DNA of 64,000 nucleotides, from contig CAVOKF010000005.1 of assembly GCA_963696385.1 (NCBI GenBank), positions 960,001-1,024,000 on the forward strand, written 5' to 3'. Origin of the DNA: an uncultured delta proteobacterium (GTDB lineage: Bacteria > Myxococcota_A > Polyangia > Polyangiales > Polyangiaceae). Of this stretch, positions 9,447 through 19,185 are shown piece after piece. The position numbers were made by a program, and so were the translations under genes. How positions within the stretch are numbered: position 1 is the first letter of the stretch; each line of letters begins with the position of its first letter. Under the pieces are notes generated by a model. That model did not search any database and had not been told where the DNA came from. It was given only the letters and a program-made list of their open reading frames with translations.

Positions 9447-10781
9447 TCATCGGCATTGAGAAAGGACCGCGTCTGCCGGCTCGTGACAAACGAAGCACGG
9501 ACGCGGGTTTCGGTTGAACTGGGTAGCGCAGCGGCCTACGAACCCCGACGTGTGTGGATCGAATCCGCCGCCGATGCCGAGGGCTCCGTGGCACGCGACG
9601 CAGTCGCGCTCGGTGTGACAGCTCACGCAGACGTTCAGGTTGCGTTCGGCTTCGAAGCCGTGACTTCCGGGTTTGCGCGGCGGATCGCTCCAGATGCTCT
9701 TCGGCGGATGGAAGCGCCCGCTGTCCTTGGCGTTCGCTGGACTCGATTCTGCAACTCCAACGCGCAAATGGCAGTCGAGACAGAAGCTTTGCTGCTGGTG
9801 GCAGCTGGTGCACCGCTCGGTGTTCATGCGCGCCTCGATCGCGTGCATGTTCAGATAATCGTTCGGGTGAATGTCGCGCGGCCGGGTGCGCCCGTCGTGG
9901 CAGTCGGTGCAAAAGTCCTCTTTGTGGCAGTTCGCGCAGAACTCCGAGTCGTCCGCAGCGACCGACTTGTGCCGCTCGATGAAGTCCGGGGTGTGCTCGG
10001 CGTTGTGCAACCAGCGAGGCGGGCGCAGCGTTCCGCTTGGGAACATCGTCTGGATCCGGGCCGTTCCGTTCGGCCCCGCCAAGTGGCACGTTTCGCAAGC
10101 GCTTTTTGCGTCGCCCAAGGACGCCGGGTCTGGAGCCTGGTGGCAGCGCAAGCAGCCGCTCATTCGCGGAAGCTGGTCGCGCGTGGCCAGTTCGATCTCG
10201 CGGACGGCGCCGTGGCACTGCGGGCATGCGATGTTCCGATCGGCGTGGGATTTGTGATCGAAAACGAGATTCGCCCTCGGAAGTTCGAGAGGCGCGACGC
10301 GGTTCCCGTCCTCCGGGCGGTACCCTTGATGGCACGTGGCGCACCGGCCCATGGCAGCGTCGCCGGACCTTACGAGTGCCAGATTGGAGTGATCCGTGGC
10401 GTGGCAGCGGTCGCAGACTTCGCCGACCGGCGTGAGCCGATCGGAGGCGCGTCGGCTGGTGGTCGCGCCGGGATGGCACGTCATGCAGGTGGCGCCAATC
10501 TCGCGTCCGAGATGTTTCGCGTGATCGAAGCGGATCGTGATGTGTTGGGCCGGGTAAATGACCTGGCTCGGGCCCGTGTCCGGGTTGGGCGCCCCGGGAG
10601 GAAGCAAGCCGTGGGGCACGGGGCGGTCGTCGGGCAACGGGGCGACGCCGTGGACCGTGGGGCCTTCGCTCTGGGCGAGAGCGATCGGCACGATCACGAG
10701 CAGGGCGAACAGGGGCATGAGCGCCCCGACGAGGCCGAGCGCGACGAAAGACCGAAGCGGCCGGAAGACCTGGCTCCTCAT
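9447..10781 (-). CDS. Multiheme c-type cytochrome (13 CxxCH; cytochrome c3/c7-like N-half)
   Basis: Counted CMTCH, CDRCH, CATCH, CPQCH, CLRCH, CETCH, CANCH, CTDCH, CTSCH, CLDCH, CVSCH, CVACH, CFVCH; FDHxxH motifs; N-terminal signal/TM; ATGA overlap with the upstream gene. Confidence 0.93.
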   Translation of the reverse strand: MRSQVFRPLRSFVALGLVGALMPLFALLVIVPIALAQSEGPTVHGVAPLPDDRPVPHGLLPPGAPNPDTGPSQVIYPAQHITIRFDHAKHLGREIGATCMTCHPGATTSRRASDRLTPVGEVCDRCHATDHSNLALVRSGDAAMGRCATCHQGYRPEDGNRVAPLELPRANLVFDHKSHADRNIACPQCHGAVREIELATRDQLPRMSGCLRCHQAPDPASLGDAKSACETCHLAGPNGTARIQTMFPSGTLRPPRWLHNAEHTPDFIERHKSVAADDSEFCANCHKEDFCTDCHDGRTRPRDIHPNDYLNMHAIEARMNTERCTSCHQQQSFCLDCHLRVGVAESSPANAKDSGRFHPPKSIWSDPPRKPGSHGFEAERNLNVCVSCHTERDCVACHGALGIGGGFDPHTSGFVGRCATQFNRNPRPCFVCHEPADAVLSQCR

Positions 10782-12337
10782 TGTTGCGCGGTCTCCCGGG
10801 TGTGCTGCGGCAGCTTGCCCATGTCGAGCGAGAGCAGGAACATGAACCGAAAGCGCTGCCCGACCAGAGCGTTGAAATCGTGCTCCCACTCGAACGAGCC
10901 TCGGCACCGCGGGTCGAAGCGGTACCCCACGTTCGCGACGTATTGGAATCCCGTGGCCGACCGATCCGGACGCAAGTCGTCCTTCCACTGCCAAAGCCCC
11001 GCGCGGCCGCCGACCATGTAACGAGTCTCGATCACCTGTTCGGCCGACACGTCGCCGCCCACCCGATCTCCTTCCGACCCAAAGTCGCCGCTCGCGTGGG
11101 CGGCGATGCGCGTCTCGCCGGTGTGCCAGCGTGCCGACACGTTGCCTCCCTCGTCGAACGGATGACCGTTGGTGGGGTAGTAGCCTCCGGCGCTGTTGGG
11201 CGAGGGCGACGAGACGAAGCCTGCACCGGGGTCGAACGGCGCCGTTTGCACGGTGGAGACCCGTGCATGCGCATTGCCGGCGACCGAGAGGCGTCGATCG
11301 ATGTCGACGTTCGCACGGATACCCAGATCATTTCTCGGCTCCCCCGCGAAGAAGTTCCAGATGCTGTCCCCGTCGAACGCGGGGACGTAGTAATCGTAGT
11401 CGGCGCTGACGGTGAGACGTTGACCGAGGTACCCGTCGAGCGACGCGTAGGCCGACGTGATCCCGGCCCGGTAGAAGTCGTAGACGATCCCGGCCTTGAC
11501 GGCCCCGATCGCGGCAAGATTCGCATCGACCGCGTAGCCCAACCGATCGGACGAAATGCGCGTTCGGTCGTAGACCGCGGGGCTGCTGCCGTCGGGGAAC
11601 TCGGACACGGTCGACGGTCCGGTGTCGTACACCCGCCGGTACGTCAGTCGCCCATGAATCCAGGTTAGTCCGACCGACTCCAGCGCGACGCCGAGCGCCG
11701 GGGCCATTTCGGCAGGCTGGAACTCGGGGTAAAGAAGCGGCTCGAAGCCGGTACGGTCTCCGCGCCAGACCCCGTCGGCCTCGAATCGCGAGGTGCTGAG
11801 CGACATCCCGCCGCGTTGCTCGAGCCCGCCGTAGGCTTCGGCCTTGACGTGGTACGGCGTTGTCACACTGACTTCGCCGCCGTCGAAGGACCACCAGCCG
11901 AGCACGTCGGTCACGTACTGTCGACCCACTTTGAAGCCGAGCCAGCCTCGCGCGAACCGGCGCCCTTCGAGGTAGAAGTACATCAGGTCGACCGCTTGCG
12001 GCGTGAACCCCGGCACGACGCTGCCGAAGATCGTCGGGTCGGATGTCGCGCTCGGCGCACCGTAATCGGCGTCGTAGCGTACGCGCAGCCGGATGCTGAG
12101 ATCAGCCGCGTGCGGGTCGCCCTCGGCGGTGCCCAATAGGTCGTACGCACCCAGACCAAGGGTCGCGGTGAGACGCCGGCGCTCGAGCAGAACTTGGCCA
12201 GTCGGCGAGGTGACGTCGTAGAACTGCGCCGCGCTGTTGGCGGTGACGTCTCCGTCCAGCGCGCGAGCGTCCATGCCAACCAGCATCGCGCCGAACGCCG
12301 CCGTACCGGCTGCGCGCTGCACGAAGCGGATCGTCAT
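10778..12337 (-). CDS. Putative outer-membrane beta-barrel protein
   Basis: Signal peptide; aromatic/Gly-rich alternating amphipathic strands (LTVSADYDYY, FQYVANVGYRF, FRFMFLLSLD); coupled to the cytochrome gene. Confidence 0.7.
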   Translation of the reverse strand: MTIRFVQRAAGTAAFGAMLVGMDARALDGDVTANSAAQFYDVTSPTGQVLLERRRLTATLGLGAYDLLGTAEGDPHAADLSIRLRVRYDADYGAPSATSDPTIFGSVVPGFTPQAVDLMYFYLEGRRFARGWLGFKVGRQYVTDVLGWWSFDGGEVSVTTPYHVKAEAYGGLEQRGGMSLSTSRFEADGVWRGDRTGFEPLLYPEFQPAEMAPALGVALESVGLTWIHGRLTYRRVYDTGPSTVSEFPDGSSPAVYDRTRISSDRLGYAVDANLAAIGAVKAGIVYDFYRAGITSAYASLDGYLGQRLTVSADYDYYVPAFDGDSIWNFFAGEPRNDLGIRANVDIDRRLSVAGNAHARVSTVQTAPFDPGAGFVSSPSPNSAGGYYPTNGHPFDEGGNVSARWHTGETRIAAHASGDFGSEGDRVGGDVSAEQVIETRYMVGGRAGLWQWKDDLRPDRSATGFQYVANVGYRFDPRCRGSFEWEHDFNALVGQRFRFMFLLSLDMGKLPQHTRETAQQ

Positions 12338-12341
12338 GTCC

Positions 12342-12791
12342 CTAGGCCTTGGTGGCGCCGAACTCTTTCTCGAACCGATCGTCGAAACTGTCCGCCACGG
12401 CGGCGAGATGCCGGACCGTTTGCTCGACCTCCTCGGCCCCGAGGCCGGCGGCAGTCCGTTCGCTCACGGCCACGACGCGATCTCCGACGAGGCCGAACGC
12501 GGCGTTCGCCAGGCCGCCCGCGTTGAGCTCGAGCACTCTGCGGATGAGCGCCGCCTGGTTGCCCGCATGGGTGGGCAATGTGACGACGGGCGACACCACG
12601 CGCAGGTAGGTGACATCCTCGCTCTCCTGAAAAGTCACCGTCAGCAAAACGGAAGCACTGCCGCGCTTGAGCGTCCAAACCGCTTGGCTGTCGCTCGCAG
12701 ACCGCCCGCGCGTCGTCGTCGGATCCAGTCCCAGTTTGCGGATGGTTGCCTCGACGAGCTCCTTCGCCGCTTCGAACTCTGTGTCCACCAT
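12342..12791 (-). CDS. YbjN/CesT-like chaperone-fold protein
   Basis: WTLKRGSASV..YLRVVSPVV..RRVLELNA..AAFGL..ADSFDD pattern; GGGAGG RBS. Confidence 0.7.
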   Translation of the reverse strand: MVDTEFEAAKELVEATIRKLGLDPTTTRGRSASDSQAVWTLKRGSASVLLTVTFQESEDVTYLRVVSPVVTLPTHAGNQAALIRRVLELNAGGLANAAFGLVGDRVVAVSERTAAGLGAEEVEQTVRHLAAVADSFDDRFEKEFGATKA

Positions 12792-13022
12792 GCCTCCCGC
12801 GACGGCTTTCCCGTCCGTTTCGTCCGAGTGTTAGTGTTTTCGCGCTTCGGCGAGCTGCCGACAATCGTTCCGCCGACGACGGGTGTCAACGAACATCGCG
12901 GCACCAGGGTACCGGCAACGGCGCCGGCGGGCCACCCACGAGTCACCTTTCCAGGGGACTAGCTTGACCCCTCGCATGTGCGGGTGGCACTTTAACCGTC
13001 GAGGCGGAGGCCCTCCGAGAGT

Positions 13023-14507
13023 ATGTCCGACAGCCAGCAGCGCTATCGCGTCATCGAACGGCTCGAATCGGGCGGCATGGCGGAAGTCTTTCGGGCTGAA
13101 AGCGAGGGGCTTCAGGGCTTTCGCAAGCAAGTCGCGATCAAGCGCGTCCTGCCGCATTTGTCTTCGAAGAAGAAATTCATCTCGATGTTTCTCGACGAGG
13201 CTCGCCTTTCGGCGCAGCTGTCGCATTCGAACTGCGTCCAGGTGTTCGACATCGGCGTCGGAGACTCGGCGTTCTTCATCGTCATGGAGTTCGTCGACGG
13301 CGCGAACCTGAAGGCGATCATCGAGCACCTGAGGAAGACGGGCCGAGACTTCCCCGTCGAGGCCGCCGTCTTCATCAGCCTCGAGCTTTGCAAGGGCCTC
13401 GCCTACGCGCACGAGCTCACGGACTCGAACGGGGTTCCGCTGTTCATCGTCCACAGGGACATGTCGCCGCCCAATGTCCTCGTCACGAAGTACGGCGAGG
13501 TAAAGATCGTCGATTTCGGTCTCGCCAAGGCCAACAGCCAACTCGAGAAAAGCGAGCCGGGCATCATCAAAGGCAAGTTTTCGTATCTGTCCCCCGAGGC
13601 TGCGATGGGGCAGGACGTCGACGCGCGCACGGACATCTTCGCCGTCGGCATCATTCTCTGGGAGCTCCTGGCGGCTCAGCGCCTGTTTCTCGGCGATACC
13701 GACTTTCAGACCGTCAAGAAGGTCCAGGCCTCGAGCGTTCCGAGCATCTCGCAGATCAACAAAAAGGTGCCCCAGGACCTCGAACGGATCATCGTTCGCG
13801 CGCTCGCGCGCGATCCGGCGCAGCGTTACACGACGGCGCGTGCGCTCGGACAGGACCTGTCGAAGTTCATGTTCCGGTACGGCGTGCCTGTCAGTACGTT
13901 CGACATTCAACAGCTGGTCCAAGGCGCGATGAAGGAGCGCCAGCGGTATCGTCCGCAACAGACGAGCATCATCGACAAGCTGATCGAGGAGGCGCTGCTC
14001 GAGTTCACATCGCTGACCGACGATCCCGCAGGCGCCTCGGTCCCGGTGGCCGCTTCCCGGTCGAGGTCGAGCGACGTGCCACTCCTGCAAACCGGCTCGA
14101 AGGTCGCTACGGCGGGCGGCGGCTACCTCGACATGGGTTCGTGGATCGAAGAGATTTCGGTGAGCCAGAAGCGGCAGCCCATCGAAACCGCTCCCTCGAC
14201 AATCCCGCCCGCCGTCACCGCGGGCAATCTGGCCGCCCTCGAGGAGGACTTCGCGGGCATGCTGTTGCGTTCGCAGCCTCCGGCCGCTCGCCGGGTCGTC
14301 GGCACGCCGAGCCCATCGGGCGTGGCCTTGGCCGTCCCCGCGCCGCGGCCTGCCCTTACGCAACCCGATCCGACGCCGGCCCCGGTGAACTTGCCGGCGC
14401 TCGCCCGCCGATCGAATGCGGGAACGAAGGTCGGCGTCGCCGTGGCGCTCGTCGTGGTCATGGCGGCGGGCGCGGCCGCATGGCTCACCCACGTGATGCA
14501 TCCCTAG
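13023..14507 (+). CDS. Hanks-type Ser/Thr protein kinase with C-terminal TM
   Basis: GGMAEVF, VAIKR, HRDMSPPN, DFG, SPE, DIFAVG. Confidence 0.95.
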   Translation: MSDSQQRYRVIERLESGGMAEVFRAESEGLQGFRKQVAIKRVLPHLSSKKKFISMFLDEARLSAQLSHSNCVQVFDIGVGDSAFFIVMEFVDGANLKAIIEHLRKTGRDFPVEAAVFISLELCKGLAYAHELTDSNGVPLFIVHRDMSPPNVLVTKYGEVKIVDFGLAKANSQLEKSEPGIIKGKFSYLSPEAAMGQDVDARTDIFAVGIILWELLAAQRLFLGDTDFQTVKKVQASSVPSISQINKKVPQDLERIIVRALARDPAQRYTTARALGQDLSKFMFRYGVPVSTFDIQQLVQGAMKERQRYRPQQTSIIDKLIEEALLEFTSLTDDPAGASVPVAASRSRSSDVPLLQTGSKVATAGGGYLDMGSWIEEISVSQKRQPIETAPSTIPPAVTAGNLAALEEDFAGMLLRSQPPAARRVVGTPSPSGVALAVPAPRPALTQPDPTPAPVNLPALARRSNAGTKVGVAVALVVVMAAGAAAWLTHVMHP

Positions 14508-14563
14508 GGCGCGGGTCCTAGCGCACGGTATGGATGCGATCCGGAAGCCGCTAGTCCTACTCC

Positions 14564-16024
14564 CTAGCCTTTCGAAACGTGGTCCCCTTGGGGTCGCGCG
14601 ATGGCCATTTTTCCGCTGCTCGGCGGACGGTGATCGCGCTCGCGGACCGACTTTTCGAGCCCCCCGTAGGATTCGCGAACGCGGTCGAGCTTCCGATACA
14701 GCGTGCGGCGATCGAAACCGAGCACTTGCGCGGCGAGGGTCTTGTTGCCGCCGACGGCTTCGAGCACTTTGACGATGTAGCGCCGCTCGACCTCGTCCAT
14801 GGTCAGCAGTTCGGCGGGATCGTTCGACTCGACGGCGATGGTCGCCGTCTTGTAGTCGCGGATTTTCTCGGGCAGGTCGTCGACGCCGATTTGCTCGAAT
14901 TGCGCGAGTGCCACCGCGCGTTCGATGCAGTTTTGCAGTTCGCGGACGTTGCCTGGCCAGGGGTAGGAAATGAGCTTGTCGGCCGTCGCGCTCATCATTC
15001 CAAGAACGGGCCGGCGACTCTGCGCCGCGTACCGCTCGAGGAAGTGCTGGGCGAGCAAAAGGATGTCGCTGCCACGCGATCGCAGAGGCGGGACGTGAAC
15101 GCGTACGACGTTGATGCGATAGAAAAGGTCCTCGCGAAAGCGCTTCTCTTCGACCTCGGTCTCGAGGTCTCGATTGGTCGCAGCGATGATGCGTGCGTCG
15201 AACGGCTGCTCTTGCTCGCCGCCGACGGGCCGGACGGTGCGTTCTTGCAGGGCCCGCAGCAACTTGGCCTGCATTCCAGGAGGCATTTCGCCGATTTCGT
15301 CCAGAAACAGAGTGCCCTTACTGCCCTTGATGAAAAGGCCCGGACGCGCGTTGCGGGCATCCGTGAACGCGCCTTTGACGTGTCCAAAGAGTTCGCTCTC
15401 CAGAAGATTTTCGGGCATGGCCGCGCAGTTGATGGCGACAAAGGGCCCGTCCCTGCGCCCGCTTTTCGCGTGCAGAGCCTTCGCGACGAGCTCTTTGCCA
15501 GTCCCGCTCTCTCCGGTGATGAGCACGGTCGTCTCCGTGTCGGCCACCCGCGCGACGAGCTCGCACATTTTCGTGACCGCCGCGCTCGTGCCCAGAATGC
15601 CATTGAAGCGCCGTGTGCCATCGACCGCTTGCCGCAGCCGCTTCACTTCCTCACGAAGCGCGCGATGCCGAAGCGCCCGATCGATCGTCAAGGCGAGCTC
15701 GTCCATGTCGCACGGCTTGGTCACGAAGTCGTACGCACCCGCTCGGATTGCGGCGACGGCCGTCTCCATGTTCGCGCAGCCGGTGATGACGATGACGGGA
15801 ATGTCTTCGCGCCGCGCAACGAGCTGCTTGCAGAGCTCGACCCCACTCATCCCGACCAGATTCACATCCGTGATGATCAGGCCGAAGTCATCCCGCTCGA
15901 AGCTCGCAAGCGCTTCGACGGGCGTGGGGACCGACGTGACCTGGAACCCGCGCTGACGGAGCTCGCTTTCGAGCACCGTGCACATGCTTCGATCGTCGTC
16001 GATAAGGAGAATGGCTCGGGTCAT
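14564..16024 (-). CDS. Sigma-54-dependent response regulator (REC-AAA+-Fis HTH; NtrC/AtoC family)
   Basis: LLIDDD receiver, GESGTGKE, GAFTDA, LDEIGEM, WPGNVREL, LYRKL. Confidence 0.95.
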   Translation of the reverse strand: MTRAILLIDDDRSMCTVLESELRQRGFQVTSVPTPVEALASFERDDFGLIITDVNLVGMSGVELCKQLVARREDIPVIVITGCANMETAVAAIRAGAYDFVTKPCDMDELALTIDRALRHRALREEVKRLRQAVDGTRRFNGILGTSAAVTKMCELVARVADTETTVLITGESGTGKELVAKALHAKSGRRDGPFVAINCAAMPENLLESELFGHVKGAFTDARNARPGLFIKGSKGTLFLDEIGEMPPGMQAKLLRALQERTVRPVGGEQEQPFDARIIAATNRDLETEVEEKRFREDLFYRINVVRVHVPPLRSRGSDILLLAQHFLERYAAQSRRPVLGMMSATADKLISYPWPGNVRELQNCIERAVALAQFEQIGVDDLPEKIRDYKTATIAVESNDPAELLTMDEVERRYIVKVLEAVGGNKTLAAQVLGFDRRTLYRKLDRVRESYGGLEKSVRERDHRPPSSGKMAIARPQGDHVSKG

Positions 16025-16323
16025 TGCCTCGGCCCTTGGTCGCCACTCTATGGCGGGCGGGACGATTGCGCTACCGCTTCGCTCGCTCCGGGGCTCGGAC
16101 GATGGGCGTGGGCGCAGCGCCCTCGGGCCGCCCCGAGGCATCGTCGCGCTCCCGGTCGCGCGTCCAAGCGAACCGGACGCGGCCGTCGTCTCAGGCCAAG
16201 TCTTGACGCACCGGCCCTCGATGCGGATAAGTGGACACGTTGGCATCCGGCGACCGGCGCGTGCGTGGGCTCGCAGCGGGCGATGACCCGGAACACGATG
16301 GATATTTGGCCGGACCCTCGCGC

Positions 16324-17220
16324 ATGCCCAGCCCCTTCGTCCTCGCTCTCCGGGACGCGCGATCCCGGATCGCGTCGGCCGCGGATGCGTGCGCGACTGC
16401 CTCGGAACGCGTCGCGGCTCGTCGGCTTGCTCGCGAGATCGATCAGACCCTCGGGCGTCTCGAGGGAACCGACGCCGATCGGGACCTCATCTCCGTCGTC
16501 TGCCACGACCTAAAGGATCCGCTGGCTTCGATTGTCATGGGGGCGGGGTTTCTCAAGCGGACGGTCGCGCCCGATGAGGGACCCGTCCGTCGGGTCGTCG
16601 ATGCGATCGCCCGTTCGGCCGCCCGCATGAACCAAGTCGTCGGCGATTTCCACGACCTCGCGAAGATCGACTCTGGGATGATCGAGGCGGACCGGCGGCC
16701 CTGCGACGTGGGGTCCGCATTGCGGGCGGCTGCAGCGCCGTTCGAGGATCTGGCGAGTGCGCAAGAGGTGCGATTCGAACTCGACGTCCCCGTGGCGCCG
16801 CTCGTGGCGATCTGCGATCGCGGGCGGCTATTGCAGATCGTATCCAAGCTCGTGGGCAATGCCGTGCGCTTCACGCCCCCGGGGGGCCGGGTCGCCCTAT
16901 CGGCCTCATACGCGAGCGCAGAAGTCGGGCCATCGGCCGACGGCGAAGCGGCGAACGGCGGGACTCTCGAAGCGCGCGACCCGCAGCGAATCGTTCGGTT
17001 CTCCGTCGCCGACACCGGCCGTGGCATCGCGGCCGACCGACTGGCCACCATCTTCGATCATGCCGCGAACGCGCGGCGAACGCCCCGTGACGGCCCCGGG
17101 CTCGGGTTGGCCATCGTGCGGGGCCTCGTCGAGCTGCAGGGCGGCGCCGTCCGCGTCGAGAGTCGAATCGACCAGGGAAGTATCTTCTCGTTCACGCTCC
17201 CGGCGGCTGCCGTGTCTTGA
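16324..17220 (+). CDS. Histidine kinase (HisKA-HATPase) without an obvious sensor domain
   Basis: HDLKDPL H-box, GNAVRFT, DTGRG, GPGLGL; divergent from the NtrC-like gene; start uncertain. Confidence 0.88.
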   Translation: MPSPFVLALRDARSRIASAADACATASERVAARRLAREIDQTLGRLEGTDADRDLISVVCHDLKDPLASIVMGAGFLKRTVAPDEGPVRRVVDAIARSAARMNQVVGDFHDLAKIDSGMIEADRRPCDVGSALRAAAAPFEDLASAQEVRFELDVPVAPLVAICDRGRLLQIVSKLVGNAVRFTPPGGRVALSASYASAEVGPSADGEAANGGTLEARDPQRIVRFSVADTGRGIAADRLATIFDHAANARRTPRDGPGLGLAIVRGLVELQGGAVRVESRIDQGSIFSFTLPAAAVS

Positions 17221-17339
17221 GAGCCCGAGCCGGCCCCGGCGCGCGGTTCGAGTGCGTCCCGGTCGTGCCGCTCCCCGGGTGGGCGGAAGTCCGTCATCCG
17301 CCTGGAACTCCCGCGCAAAACGCTCTATGAGCGCGGGCC

Positions 17340-18731
<1,392 letters not shown>

Positions 18732-18910
18732 GGCGAAGCGCGCTCGCTCGAAGGAGCGCCGGGGTGGCGCATTTCGAGGAGGCCGAGAATTTGCAACAAC
18801 GTTGCATCCTCGATGCTCGACCGAGCAAGGCAGGGCCGGTGCTTTGAACTCTTGAAGTCGGGCGCCTACGCAGTTCCGGGGCATCCTTCGCGATGCGCCA
18901 CGGATTCCGC

Positions 18911-19010
18911 CTAGTACCCCGATTCCATGAAACGGAGGGGTGAGACCACCCGATCCCGTCGGGAATATCGCGGAAAACGACCCTTCCATTCCGCGGAATC
19001 GAGGTACTAG
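18911..19010. mobile_element. 100-bp MITE-like element with 31-bp imperfect terminal inverted repeats ending in CTAG
   Basis: ctagtaccccgattccatgaaacggaggggt (18911-18941) vs acccttccattccgcggaatcgaggtactag (18980-19010): 25/31 Watson-Crick pairs, all 6 differences are transitions. Confidence 0.55.
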
Positions 19011-19185
19011 CGCCGCAGGCCGAACCTTCGGAGTCCGAATCGGCGCGCGCGGCGTCGATGGTCATGCGGCTGAGGGGGGAGGGACCCCTTAAGCATTCGG
19101 CTGAATGGTCCGTAGCACCATGCGCAGGAGTTAACCGGCCAAAGCGCGGCATCAAGGCTTCTTTGGCCAGACCTTTCGCGACGGC

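Noticed and set aside
9022..10479. Upstream part of the 867-aa ORF 7876..10479
   Set aside because: Off-frame shadow over the cytochrome and the 85-aa gene; only the 3' ~380 codons look like a real protein
12342..12791. Type III secretion system inferred from a CesT-like fold
   Set aside because: No T3SS apparatus or effector genes nearby; YbjN-like proteins are common outside T3SS
12985..13001. TGGCAC as a sigma-54 -24 element upstream of the kinase
   Set aside because: No TTGC/GC at the -12 position (tggcactttaaccgtc)
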